A stretch of 64,000 nucleotides of DNA from Octopus sinensis. Lineage: Eukaryota. The notes beneath the pieces were generated by a model. It saw nothing but the letters and a program-made list of their open reading frames with translations, did not search any database and was not told where the DNA came from. A program made the position numbers and the translations under genes. The stretch is taken from contig NC_042997.1 of assembly GCF_006345805.1 (NCBI RefSeq), positions 162,750,001-162,814,000 of the forward strand, given 5' to 3'. Below, piece by piece: positions 10,666-24,286 of this stretch. Position 1 is the first letter of the stretch. Each line of letters starts with the position of its first letter.

Positions 10666-11235
10666 GTCCTCCTCTCACTTTTTGTTCCACATTTGATACT
10701 CGCACAGAGAAGGTAAATCTTCTCTGATTCCATCCTCTTCTACTTCAGTAGGTTCGCCACAATATATACGAAGTGTAAATGCACCTCCTTTCGCTTCAAA
10801 GCCTCAAAATCAACAGCCCTCTCAAAATACCTTCCATTAGCATTAACAATGAACCTGGAGTTGCCTCTAGTCTCATCAAATTTTTCAACTCACTCTCCTT
10901 CCTGTCTCTTTCTCTCTCTCTTACCTCAGGGATATAACCCAATCTTTGAAAACATATCTCCTACTCCCAGGAAGGGTAACCCTCTAACTCTACCAGCTCT
11001 CAGTATACTGCACTCACTTCCAACGTCTCAAAGATTGCAAAGACAGCCATTAGCAATTACCTTCTACAACACACTGAATTTTTCTACTTCTACATTAACC
11101 GCTAGTACGGCTTCAGTAGATCCGTAAGGCCATACCTGCCGGTGACCAAAACTCTTATATCACTCACCAATAGGATCTCGTTCTTGATAGATTTAGTGAA
11201 AGCAGTGGTATTGCTCACAACATCAATAAACGCGA

Positions 11236-11600
11236 CGAGCTGGCAGAAACGGCAGAGCTGGCGGAATCATAAGCACGCCGGGCGAAATGCTTAGCGGTAT
11301 TTCGTCTGCCGTTTCGTTCTGAGTTCAAATTCCGCGGAGGTCGACTTTGTCTTTCATCCTTTCGGGGTCGATAAATTAAGTAGTGTTTAGCCCTTTGTGG
11401 GTAGTAAAGAAATAGGTATTTCGTCAGTCGCTACGTTCTGAGTTCAAATTCCGCCGAGGTCGACTTTGCCTTTCATCCTTTCGGGGTCGATAAATTTAGT
11501 ACCAGTTACGCACTGGGGTCGATGTAATCGATTTAATCCCTTTGTCTCTCCTTGTTTGTCCCCTCTATGTTTAGCCCCTTGTGGGCAATAAAGAAATAAG
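11236..11600 (+). mobile_element. SINE family M, dimeric, with 17-bp TSD
   Basis: AACATCAATAAACGCGA at 11219-11235 and 11601-11617. Two tandem central domains. Confidence 0.9.
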
Positions 11601-11944
11601 AACATCAATAAACGCGAATAGCTTTAAAAACTAGTGCTTTTCGTATCGGTAGTTTCTTGTCAGATCCCAGTATTCGGTGCGTGCCAACGAAGCTCTCTCT
11701 AGCCAACACTTGATCAACTTTGATGTGCTTCAGGCTTTAATTTTCTCCTCTATACTCTTCCACCTATGCCTATACAGCCTACTTATTGCTAACTCCAAAA
11801 ATGTCGGCTCATACGTAGATTATACCACTCTCACTTTCTCTCTTGCGTTCTCCACTCAAACGTCAATCTATCACACCTTACGCTAAATCTGCATTAACTC
11901 CTTGAACAGGGACCTGGAAAATACCGTTCTATGGAGTCGTGTTT

Positions 11945-12141
11945 CCATCTTTTATTTGGTTTAGCTATTGGATTGCAGCCATGTTGAAGCACCACCTTGA
12001 AAGGTTTTGTTCAACCAAATCGATACAGGTATTTTTATTAAGTCTGGTGCTTAGCCTATTAGTTCATTTTGCCGAATCGCTATTACGGACTTGTAAACAA
12101 ACTAGTGCCAGTTGTAATCAGTGAGGTAATAAACACACACG

Positions 12142-12207
<66 letters not shown>

Positions 12208-12378
12208 AGCTACGGAGTTCCACACGGCTTCCATCTACCGAATTCGCTCACAAAGCATTGGTCGATCCAGGGCTATAGTAGAAGACGCTTGCCCAAGATG
12301 TCGTGCAGTGGAACTGAACCCGAAGCTACGTGGTTGGAAAGTAAGGCTCTAAACCACACAACCATACATGTGCCTATA
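11945..12378 (-). mobile_element. Abundant long SINE (family K, OK-like), old copy
   Basis: Minus strand ccaaccac(g)tag..ttgggcaagcgtcttctactatagcc, homologous to 23758-24168. Confidence 0.75.
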
Positions 12379-13439
12379 TTGATACAAAAGTAATTAATAA
12401 AATAAATAAATAAATAAATTATCGCATCTCTTCGCGCCGTCTAAAAATGATCCATAGAATACTTCATTTTTCAATGTCGCTTAAGATGCCGTTTCAACTC
12501 TTTACAACCGTTTCTGTCTCTATTATTGTGTCATCTACTCGGAGTTGGCTGGTTCCATGCCAACTCCATTCAGATACTCCCAACTCATTCGTCTTCCCAC
12601 CCATATCGATGTCACCAACTGAGGCCTCGCAAAAAACCGCTACACTCATTACTTACAACCTTAGAATAGCAACTTTATGGAACACCTTCTCTGGCAAACT
12701 TTTTGCCGCAACCGTCGACTTGTAACAGTTAAAGGGGTACTTTAAAGGTAGAGATATCTCAGCAGTCTTGGAGAGCCTATGAAGATCATGAACTCAAGCC
12801 ATTTTCTATTTCTTCAACTCCGCCAAAAAACAAAACGAATGCGTGTTTTTATCTGTGTATGTGTGTGTGTGTGTGTTGGTGTATGTGCATCGTTGGGAGT
12901 GGAAATGTGTGTATATGTGTGTCTGTTTAAATGTGTATGCATGACATGTATGTAAGATGCGTGTGTATGCTAGCGTGTGTACATGTGTGTGGTGTGTGTT
13001 CATGCGTGTAAATATGTGACGGGAGTGAAAAAGAATGTGTATGCGCGTGTGTATTTGCATGTGTGTGTGTATGTATGTATGTATGTGTGTGTATGTATGT
13101 ATGTATGTATGTGTGTGTGTGCGTGTGTGTGTGTAAGAGTAAATAGAAAAATGAGGATATGTGGTGGGGCGGTAGGAATGGCTAGAGTTTTATATGTGAA
13201 CTGAAAAAGACAATATAAAATAGAATAAAATGCAATGAAAGAAAAAGAAAGAGAAAAACGAAAGACACGGAAAAAAACGAGAGAGAGAGAGAGAGAAAGA
13301 AAGTGTGAGAGAGGGAAGAGAGAAAGAAAGAGGAAGAGAGAGAGAGAGAGAGGAAAGGAGAGACACAAAAAAAAGAGTGATGCTCTACAGTAGAAGTGAA
13401 AAAGACAGCAACAATTACAAAGACAAGAAAGACGACAGC

Positions 13440-13700
13440 GGTAACGATGATGATGATAATGGCGATGATGATGGTGGTGGTGGTGGTGGTGGTGGTAGTG
13501 GTAGTGGTGGTGGTGGTGGTAGTGGTGGTGGTAATGATACTAATAACAACAACAGTAAGGACGGTTGTGGTGGGGAGGGTTGATAGTGGATATGCAGGTG
13601 ATGGTGATGATGAAGAAGTTGATGATGAGACGAGAACGACGACGACGACGACGACGACGACGAAGGCGATGACGACGACAACGATGACTATGCTGATAAT
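13440..13700. repeat. Compound trinucleotide microsatellites (GAT/GGT/GAC)
   Basis: Directly visible. Confidence 0.9.
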
Positions 13701-14131
13701 GATGTTCGCCAAGCCAGAGGGCGACACAACGTTTACTGTCAACAATTGTAGTTTAGTATAAGAAAACAATAACGCACTGATTGTGTCGAAACACTCGACT
13801 GTATTGCAGAGAGAAGATAGTAAAGATAGAAGAAAAAGAAGAAAAAGAAGAAGAAGAAGGAAGAGAAAGGAGGAAGAGGAAGACAGGAGAGTAATGGGAG
13901 GTGGAGAGCGGGAGAGAATCGATTATGACGGCCTAAAACGTTGTCCAACACCGACAAGTTTGTTTATAGCATTGTCTCTAATGTTTTCTTGGCATTCGTC
14001 CTGATCAAAGCAACGTGCAGACACTACTAATATTAGACTGCGCATACAAAAACTGGCAACATCAATCAGCGCAGACGGTTGTGATTTTGTGATTTTTCTG
14101 ATTTTTCATAAAGCGACCACACATGAGGTTT

Positions 14132-14219
<88 letters not shown>

Positions 14220-14373
14220 CACACAGAGAGACTGATTGATAATTAGATAGATGTTTTTATGTACTAATGTCGGACACGCTTACAGACACAACCACACTCA
14301 GAAATGTAAATGCACAAGAGACAGTACAATGCATGGATGTATATATAAATACATACTTACCTACATATCTAAT

Positions 14374-14407
<34 letters not shown>

Positions 14408-14446
14408 GTACTAAGTATATATATGTACTAAGTATATATGTACTAA

Positions 14447-14490
<44 letters not shown>

Positions 14491-14541
14491 ACTTTTGTCT
14501 GTGACTGTATGTTGCAATATATATGTACACACATATGTATG

Positions 14542-14573
<32 letters not shown>

Positions 14574-14577
14574 ATAT

Positions 14578-14610
<33 letters not shown>

Positions 14611-15104
14611 ATGTGGTGTGTGTGTGTGTGTGTGTGTGAGTGCGTGTATGTGTGTACATATATACATACACGCACACACACTTACTCACACACGCATATA
14701 TGCTCGTGCATATATCAACATTCGGAAACAAAAGCTTAGCGAACTCATACATACACATACTAGGCACACACATGTCCAAGCACGTGCGCCTACACACACA
14801 CGCACACGTACACACACAAACACACACACAAACATACGGGCATACACACGCACCCACGCACCCACACACACACGCATGCACGCACGCACATACACACACA
14901 CACATACTCACACACGCTCGCATGCATATATTGGAAGCCGAAAACTTTCCAAAACGCTATCCGAGTTTCTCGGTTCCGATTTTTTTACTCCATTGAGCGG
15001 GGTCTTCTACGGAACCGCTAACTTACGGGGACGTAAACAAACCAACACCGGATGTCAAGTTGTGTTGGAGTTTAAACACAATACAAGCACAAAGACAAAC
15101 ACCT

Positions 15105-15147
<43 letters not shown>

Positions 15148-15149
15148 CT

Positions 15150-15775
15150 TAAAGAGCTTAGCTGAGAAAAGTTAGCTGAAATGGAAGACTAGAAGCCACC
15201 TGAATACTAAAAAGGGAGTTCCCTGTATCATGAAGGTTTGTGCCGGATGTCAAAATGCCGACATCATGACTGCTGCTCAATGCTCTGAGAAGGCTGTAAA
15301 GACTGCAAGATGTGGCGTGGAGATCGTGAAAATCAAGTTCCACCAATTTATGATGGTCTTTGGGTATGTCTCTTGTGAGGGTGACGCGATGCCCACCCCT
15401 ATCTTTGAACTGGACCTTAGACTCAATTCAAATGGCTATGTGAAACTGTTGATAGTGGTCAAACCCCAGCAGGAGAGAGTTGTTGCTGGAAGGCCATATG
15501 TGTGGCAGTAAGATTCGGCTCGTTGTCATACCGCCGGAAAGAGAATAGGTTGTCAAAGAACATTTACGACTCCATCAGTCCCAGTTTCTGGCATCCCAAT
15601 TCTCCCGATTGTAATCCCTTGGATTACTATGTGTGGAGCGCAGTTGAGAAAGATACCTTCCACTCCGTCTGCAAAATCAAAGCCAAGTTGGTGGCCAAAA
15701 TCAAGGAGGTGTTTGATCTTCCCAGGGACTCAGTGAGGAATGCACAAAACAAAAGTAACATAGACAGTTGCGTGA
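15150..15775 (+). mobile_element. Tc1/mariner transposase remnant, maT/DD37D-like
   Basis: MVFGYVSCEG, RPYVWQ*DSARCH and FWHPNSPDCNPLDYYVWSAVE. Stops and frameshifts are present, and no TIR was found. Confidence 0.8.
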
Positions 15776-16084
15776 TTTTCGACAATTTCTTGCTGCCCAT
15801 TTCGAGGGTTTATAATAGGATGATATATATTTAGGAATCTATAATAGGTTGATAAATATTTTCAAGCTTATAAAAGTACAAATCACAATTTTTGGCCAAG
15901 ATAAGATACTGAGTTTGTCAATGTTGTATTGGTACGATGTTGTAAATTCTAGTATTGGCCAAGTTATCTTAGAAGTTATGCAGGCTTATCTCTCTCAGAG
16001 CTATGTATTCTTTGACAATGATATCTGTGCTTATAAACTTATTTTCTTAAGCTCGTCGCTCCCTTCGGAGCATAGTTCATCGAT

Positions 16085-16330
16085 GACTTAGGATGTTTGT
16101 CCTGCTTCTTTCTCTCCTCGGTTTTGAATTGTTATCGATGATTCTGTAACTTTGGGGGTTTTTTTCTAGGTAGGGATTTTGGCCCTTGGCAAACCCATTT
16201 TATATTAGTCTGGCCTCTTATCCTTTGACCGGGCCGGCTTGGACAACAATACCAGGAGCTTGCGCTCTACCGACATAGCTCTATGAGTCATTGCGCCCCA
16301 CAGAAGCTACTACATTGCAACAGGGACTAG
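16085..16330 (-). mobile_element. Possible 5' UTR fragment of an RLE/RTE-type LINE
   Basis: cctttgacc..ccggc..taccaggagc..cgct..cc.acatagctct..gtcattg resembles the antisense 5' end of such elements (recognition from memory). Confidence 0.35.
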
Positions 16331-17189
16331 AGCTCGTTGTAATGTACTGATAAAAGCGAGTTATAAAATCGTCTTTGCCTAACCAATCTCGCAGCCAAAT
16401 ACTACGTTTGACATAACAATATGTAGGTGCAGGATTTGAACTATTTATATTACAAAGTAATTTACTATTGTAAGTTCGAATAGAACTTGCAAAGTTTCTG
16501 CACGTAGCCTAGTTAATCTTGTTCACATTTCTGTTAAAAATTTTGCAGTGTTTATGGTTCATTAGCAAGTGAAAGGGGGGGGGGGTAGATTAAGAAGCTA
16601 TCTAATATTGTAGTATTTAATATTATATAAGTTCTAACAATTTCATAATACGCAAGATTGTACCATATGATTTTCCATTTCTATTTCTACGCTTTAGATG
16701 CAGACTGATATTGTATTACTTATCTTGTACCCAAATTCTAAATCGCGAACGTAAAATCTGAATTTTTAGCAAACTGTAAACATATTCCTAAGTATTTGTT
16801 TTCCCGTTATAAATCCCCGATCGGATAATACCATAAGCATTTACAAATTATCGATAAATCATTGTTTCTTGTAGCAATTTTTATATTTTTTGTATCCATT
16901 ACTGAAAAATCCTCATTATTTCTTTCGGTGCGATGGTGTTGAAATTTCTTATTACTTTTCTTAAGTTATTGTCATCCCAGTTGTGTGCTTAACAAATTTG
17001 TATATTTTGCTTACACATTTTAAATTTTTAACTTAATATAGCTTAATTCTATTAAATGCATTCAATTTTTTACACCTATAATTTATAATTTATAACTAAT
17101 TTCCTATTTCTATATTTATATTTGATTCTCTAATACCTTTTTCTTTGCCTATCACATACCTGAAGTTTTTTTTTCAAGTAGCAACTGTT

Positions 17190-17440
17190 TTATTTCGTTT
17201 TTGTATTTGGTTTGCAAGATTATTGATGTGAATACGTGAGTTGAAACAAATTTTATTGTGTCTTGGGAGAGTCACTACGCCAAAAATAATAACATATGCA
17301 CAGGTTCAGTTCCACTTCTTTATTGTTAGTCAATTGGTTAAATGTTTAATCAACTAACAAATCGATCATTTGTTTAATGTGTTGATTAAACAATCATTCG
17401 GTTGTTTGTTAGTTAAAGCCCATTCGTAGGTATTTGCGTG
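17190..17440. repeat. Unclassified ~250-bp dispersed repeat (second copy)
   Basis: Homologous to 10412-10665 in the opposite orientation. Confidence 0.7.
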
Positions 17441-17959
17441 TTATTATTATTGGAATAAGGACTCTCAAAAGACACAGCAAAACAAGTATTTTTCAGTATT
17501 TGCCTGTGGTATGTAAATTCCGATAGGAGTTCAAATTTTGTAATTACAAATGGATAATACGCAGATATTAATTCCATGCGTTGTTCATTCACAGGATATC
17601 CCTCATATCCCTGAAACAGGTGTAAGACTACCCTTCTCTTTATAAATGTCCTAGAAATTTCACACTGCCTTGGATTTATTGTCTCATTTTATTTAACATA
17701 TACATGCTCCCACACGACACACGTTAGACTCCTCACTCATATTATTATCGAATCGGGGATCTAGCAGCAGTCCTTCCGTAGCACTTACATATACTTACCT
17801 GCATTTTGGGACTTTGGATACCAAAACCTCTAATATATATATATACAATATTAGATATGTACATATATACACAAGTGTACAACATGAGTACCTATATCGC
17901 TAATGATAGAAGTCAAAAGATACTTCTGTATCACCGAATAGTCACAAATCCATATATAT

Positions 17960-17992
17960 GTATATACATATATATTGTATATATATATGCAT

Positions 17993-18046
<54 letters not shown>

Positions 18047-18096
18047 TATATATATATATATGTATATATATATGTGGGTGTGTATATATATATATG

Positions 18097-18127
<31 letters not shown>

Positions 18128-18189
18128 GTGTTGTGTGTATAATATATATGTATGTATATATATACATATATAGTATATAATTTGTCTGT

Positions 18190-18234
<45 letters not shown>

Positions 18235-18530
18235 GTATATATATATATTGTATATATATATATAATATATATATGTATATTATATATATATATATGTATA
18301 TATATATTTTATATATATATATAATATATATTAATATATATATATAATATATATATGGTTATATATATATATATGTAATATATATAATATATATTATATA
18401 GCTATACATTATATATGTATATATATATGTAATGTATATTATAATGTATATATGCAATGTAATTGTAATATAATATATATTATTTAGATATATATATATA
18501 TTATATATATATATATTATATATATATTTT
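17960..18530. repeat. Long imperfect (TA)n tract
   Basis: Directly visible. Confidence 0.95.
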
Positions 18531-18540
18531 ACGAAGGTTT

Positions 18541-19608
18541 TTTACGGAATTGATTTTTATTTGCGTTGAAGCTTTGGCTGTTATTTCTAGTGGGTAATGC
18601 CTATTAGGCCGTTCCTTGATTTTGATATTGAACTTAAAAATGGTCTTTGACTATTTAATTTTTTTTTCCCACTAGGCCGCTGGTGGCAAAAAAATTCTAC
18701 AAAATTTTTTTGCCACCCTATATTGATTAATTATGAATTTTCTGGTTAATTCCGTAATGGAATCGACGGCTTATATTTATTTGCTGCCGATAATTTGGCG
18801 CGAGTGCGATGATTTGAAAATTTTAGGTCAGATATTACCTTGGCAGGGTCGAAATGCCTCGTGAAAATATCTGTTCCGACTTGGGCTATTTCTTACTGAA
18901 GAATCTGAGGGCCTATGGAAGATTGGCTTGATTTAATTTAATCAGGTTAGTTTACCATTAAACAGCAGATGAAACGGTGCATCGTATAAGAAATTACAGG
19001 GTAAATGTTTTTTAATTTTCTCCTGGTTTACGGAATTGATTTTTATTTGCGGTTGAAGCTTTGGCTGTTATTTCTAGTGGGTGAATGGCCTATTATGGCC
19101 GTTCCTTGATTGTTGATGTTGAACTTAAAAATGGTCTTTGACTATTTAATTTTTTCCCACTAGGCCGCTGGTGGCAAAAAAATTCTACAAAATTCTTTTG
19201 CCACCCTATATTGATTAATTATGAATTTTCTGGTTAATTCCGTAATGGAATCGACGGCTTATATTATTGCTGTGCCGATAAATTTGGCGCGAGTGCGATG
19301 ATTTGAAAATTTTAGGTCAGATATTACCTTGGCAGGGTCGGAAATGCCTCGTGAAAATATCTGTTCCGACTTGGGCTATTTCTTACTGAAGAATCTGAGG
19401 GCCTATGGAAGATTGGCTTGATTTAATTTAATCAGGTTAGTTTACCATTAAACAGCAGATGAAACGGTGCATCGTATAAGAAATTACAGGGTAAATGTTT
19501 TTTAATTTTCTCCTGGTTTACGGAATTGATTTTTATTTGCGGTTGAAGCTTTGGCTGTTATTTCTAGTGGGTGAATGGCCTATTATGGCCGTTCCTTGAT
19601 TGTTGATA
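18541..19608. repeat. Tandem array of ~490-bp unit, ~2.2 copies
   Basis: tttacggaattgatttttatttgc starts at 18541, 19027 and 19517. Flanked by (TA)n on both sides. Confidence 0.9.
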
Positions 19609-19609
19609 T

Positions 19610-19680
<71 letters not shown>

Positions 19681-20303
19681 TATATGGAGTGGCTACAACC
19701 AAACGCACATATTGGCGTACGTACATGCGTACATGCGTACATGCATTCCATATCGATGCAGTAACAGAGAGATATATGACAAGAAAAAAATAAAGAGAAA
19801 AAGAAAAAAGACAAAATGAATTTAACTGCTATACAAGCGCCCTGTACATACACATAACTGGTTCTTGATGACACATTATGCTACAAGAAGCAGCGAAACA
19901 CATACTAAGAGAAATGGAAAATATTTTCTTCCGTTTTTTTTCTTATATTTTATTTTTTTTTTGGGGAAATTTCAAAAGAAAAAAACAATGCAGAAATGAA
20001 GTGTTTCTGTTATTTCTTTCCAATAAAATATTAGAACTTCTGACTTGCCTAACAGGAAAGTAACGTAGTAAACAATATGGTTTTTATAGTTTTGAAGTCT
20101 AATGCAATCTATTATACACAAGTATACAAAATGAACAAATAGGTATATATACACAAATATGCACACAAGCACACACACTCATGCATACACATACACACAT
20201 ACATACACCCACACCCTCATAATATTTACAAAAAAGAAATGACATAGAACGAACATGCACAAACATACAAACTTACGTACACAGGCGTGTATATATATGC
20301 ATG

Positions 20304-20348
<45 letters not shown>

Positions 20349-20535
20349 TATATATATATATATATGTAAATACATACACACACACACACATACGCACATA
20401 TATATATATAGGTATGTATATACACCCCAGACGTATTAATGCGTAAATTTTTAACCGATATATGTTTTCCATTTTAATTCATATGATATTACAGTATAAA
20501 TATGCATACGTAAATATTGAGTATATATGCAATAT

Positions 20536-20579
<44 letters not shown>

Positions 20580-20590
20580 GTGTGTGTTGT

Positions 20591-20628
<38 letters not shown>

Positions 20629-20677
20629 GTGTGTGTATTATGTATATATATATATATATAATATATAATATATATGC

Positions 20678-20710
<33 letters not shown>

Positions 20711-20949
20711 TGCATATATATATATATATATATACATATATGCATGTATTATGCATATATATATGTATATATATGCATGTATATATGCATATATATATAT
20801 ATGTATATATATATCTATGCATATATATCACACATTCACACAACACACACATGTATACTCTCGACAATCATGTTACTAATATGCGCATATAAAGTATGTG
20901 CGTGTACGTGTGTGCGTGTGTTGACATTTCTGTATCTAGCGATGTAGGT

Positions 20950-21281
20950 AAGTACTGTGTATGTATGTATGTATGTATGTATGTATGTATGTATGTATGT
21001 ATGTATGTATGTATGTATGTATATGTACATACATGCATGCACGTAGGTATGTACGTATGCATGTGCGTATATACGTACGTACATATGTACGTATATATAT
21101 ATATACATATGTATGTATACATGTATGTATGTATGTATGTATGTATGTATGTATGTATATATGTATGTATGTATACATGTATGCATGTACACATGTATGT
21201 ATGCATATGTATATATATGTATATATGTACATATGTATGTATGCATATGTATATATAGATGTATATATATATATATACATA

Positions 21282-21327
<46 letters not shown>

Positions 21328-21330
21328 CAC
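20950..21330. repeat. (TATG)n/(TA)n compound microsatellite
   Basis: Directly visible. Confidence 0.95.
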
Positions 21331-21792
21331 ACACACCAAGATGTGCATGTATATATTCGTGCATGCATAAATATGTATACTACAACGCCACCAAAATTTT
21401 TGTGTTAAAATATCTCAAGACATTTTCTATTGCAGCAGCAGTAGTAGCAGCAGCAGCAGCAGCAGCAGCAGCACAGCAGTAGTAGTAGTAGTTGTAGTAG
21501 TAGTAGTAGTAGTAGTAAAGCCAATTTATTGAAATGTCTACATTTTGACTCGAATATTTTTGTTTTCTAACAAATTTTGTTTTAGGTTCCTTTCCTTACA
21601 TCCTTCTGGTCTTAACGTGATTTTACCTTTTGGTTGTTTAATGTCATCATTGCTTCTATTGTTACTGGTATTGTTGGTGTTTATACTAATGTCGTTGAAG
21701 GAGATGGTATGTTGTTATTATTTTAAAGTTTATCTCTATAGGTGTTTCTATAGAATCCAGAGCCAGCGCTGAATGTTACGACTTATACGTGT

Positions 21793-21867
21793 ACGACATA
21801 TTCGTATACGACGTATTCGTATACGACGTATTTGTAGACGACGTATTCGTTTCGACGTATTCGTATA
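21793..21867. repeat. 15-bp tandem repeat (acgacgtattcgtat) x5
   Basis: Units at about 21793, 21808, 21823, 21838 and 21853. Confidence 0.85.
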
Positions 21868-22612
21868 TGAAACGTCATAAGTTTCAGTACCGGCTCCGAA
21901 TTCCAAAGAAAATCTTTAAGAAATTTAAAAATGAGAATACCACATTGCTAACACAAAGATAGGATGCAATATTGACTTCTGAGTTCAAATGGATGATTTC
22001 ACAGCTAAGAACTCTTAAAAGATGTAATGGTCACGGCCGGAATGCTTTTGATCATAGGTCTACTCGATAAGGTTTAGAATAAGGCTAAGGTGTTACAACT
22101 ATGAAAGCTGGAACAGCAACGATTACAGCAGCAGCAAAAGCAACAACTGCAATTACAACAACAACAATAGCAACAACCACCTCGACGACGACGACGACGA
22201 CAACAGAAACAGCAACAACAACAACAACGTAAGACAGAAGATATTTATCACTGCATGATAAAATCATAAGATTTACAAATGAAATCGTGGAACGAAAGGC
22301 AAGATGGCGTTCAGTTCAGATTCATTGATAAGAAAGTTAAATTTTTAAATGCTCGAGTCAAAACTTAATGTCTCAGCACGACTAATTAATTGATCAAGAA
22401 GAGACCGTTCGTAATTAGTTGGTTTCCTGTAGCGATATCAATGGTTACTTTCAAAGAGTAATTGCTGCTACTGCTGTAGCACGATATTACAGAAAGAACG
22501 GAATACATTTCACTGCAGATATAATAATAATCAAAGCTACGATGGTTGAATGTTCTTGAGTAACTTCAGCAGGAAGCACATGTGGACATTATTTATTACA
22601 TTAGTTAATCTA

Positions 22613-22645
<33 letters not shown>

Positions 22646-22726
22646 AAAACAGCAGCAGCAGTTTCACCACTACCATCACCACCACCACCACCACCAACAC
22701 CACAAGCAACATCATCATTATTACTA

Positions 22727-22942
22727 AGGCGGCGAGCTGGTAGAATCGTTAGCACGTCGGGAAAGATGCTTAGCGGCATTTCGTCCGTCCTCACATTCTG
22801 AGTTCAAATTCTGCCGAGGAGGTCGTTTTTGCCTTTCATCCTTTCAAGGTCGATAAATCGAGTACCAGTGAACACTCGGGTCGATGTGATCGACTAGTCC
22901 CCTTCCCCCAAATTCCAGGCTTTGTGCCTATAATAGAAAGGA
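22727..22942 (+). mobile_element. SINE family M
   Basis: Head aggcggcgagctggtagaatcgttagcacg, B-box ctgagttcaaattc, central domain, tail ggctttgtgcctataatagaaagg. Confidence 0.85.
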
Positions 22943-22977
22943 TCATCATCATCATCATCATCAATACCATCACCACC

Positions 22978-23222
22978 ACTCCGTCGGTTACGACGACGAG
23001 GGTCCCAGCTGATACGATCAACGGAACAGCTTGTTCGTGAAATTAACATACAAGTGGCTTAGCACCAAAGTGTGACAGGTACAACTCCTTTTTTGCCTGC
23101 CGATTTGACTGGAGCAACATGAAAAAAGTGCCTTGCTCAAGGACATAACGCTTCGCCGGGAATTGAACTCACGACCTTACGATCGTGAGCCGAATACCCT
23201 AACCACTAAGCCACGCGCCCTC
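22978..23222 (-). mobile_element. SINE family C2, internally deleted
   Basis: Head gagggcgcgtggcttagtggttagggtattcggctcacgat; tail as at 8254-8562. Confidence 0.8.
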
Positions 23223-23254
23223 AGAGGTAGATGTGTAATATATATGTATATGTA

Positions 23255-23615
23255 CATGTGGTTGTATGACGTAGCTTTCTTGCCAACCACATGGTTCCGG
23301 TTTCAGTCCAACTGCGTGTCTTCTACTATAGCCTCGGGCCGACCAAAGTCTTGTGACCAAAGCCTTGGTAGACGAAAACTGAAAGAAGCCCGTCGTATAA
23401 GTGTGTGTGTATATGTCTGTGTCTGTTTGCTCCCCACCATCGATGTTGGTGTGTTTACGTTCCCGTAACTTAGCGGTTCAGCAAACGCGTAGGATAGAAT
23501 ACGTACTAGGCTTGCAAAAAATAAGTCCTGGGGTCGATTTGTTCGTCTAAAGGCGGTGCTCCAACAGGCCGCAGTCAAATGACTGAAACAAATAAAAATA
23601 AAAGAATAAAAGAAT
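23255..23615 (+). mobile_element. SINE family K
   Basis: ccaaccacatggttccggtttcagt..ggtgctccaaca.gccgcagtcaaatgactgaaacaa, with an (aaaagaat)-type tail. Confidence 0.85.
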
Positions 23616-23757
23616 ATATACAAGACAATCAATACTTCATTTCATGTTACTATATATATATATTATTTATACTATATATTCTATATAATATTATAAAGAA
23701 TATAAATAAAACATAAAAAACAGAGTTGGAATTTCTTTGAATAATATATTTTTTTCT

Positions 23758-24168
23758 TTCTTTCTTTTACTTGTTTCAGTCATTTGACTGCGGCCATGCT
23801 GGAGCACCGCATTTAATCGAGCAACTCAACCCCGGACTTAATCTTTGTAAGCCCAGTACTTATTCTATCGGTCTCTTTTGCCGAACCGCTTAGTGACGGG
23901 GACATAAAGACACCAGCATCGATTGTCAAGCAATGCTAGGGGGACAAACACAGACACACAAACATACACGCACACATACATATATATATATATATATACA
24001 TATATACGACTGGCTTCTTTCAGTTTCCGTCTACCAAATTCACTCACAAGGTTTTGGTCTGCCCGAGGTTATAGTAGAAAACACTTGCCCAAGGTGCCAC
24101 GCAGTGCGACTGAACCTGGAACCATGTGGTTGGTAAGCAAGCTACTTACCACACAGCCAATCCTACGC
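23758..24168 (-). mobile_element. SINE family K, near full length
   Basis: Reverse-complement homolog of 23255-23615. Confidence 0.9.
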
Positions 24169-24251
24169 CAATATATATAATATATTTACGTTTATACATA
24201 ATATATGTATATAATATGTATATATGATATACGTATATATCTATATATACG

Positions 24252-24286
<35 letters not shown>

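Larger units (their letters stand above)
10680..12810 (+). mobile_element. Decayed CR1/Jockey-like LINE (RT to 3' end), interrupted by two SINEs
   Basis: Remnants of IALTSNVSKI, YGF (QYGF region), SYVDYTTL (YADD position, ~11809-11832) and LWN..F (3' end). Split by SINEs at 11236-11600 and 11945-12378. Confidence 0.65.
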
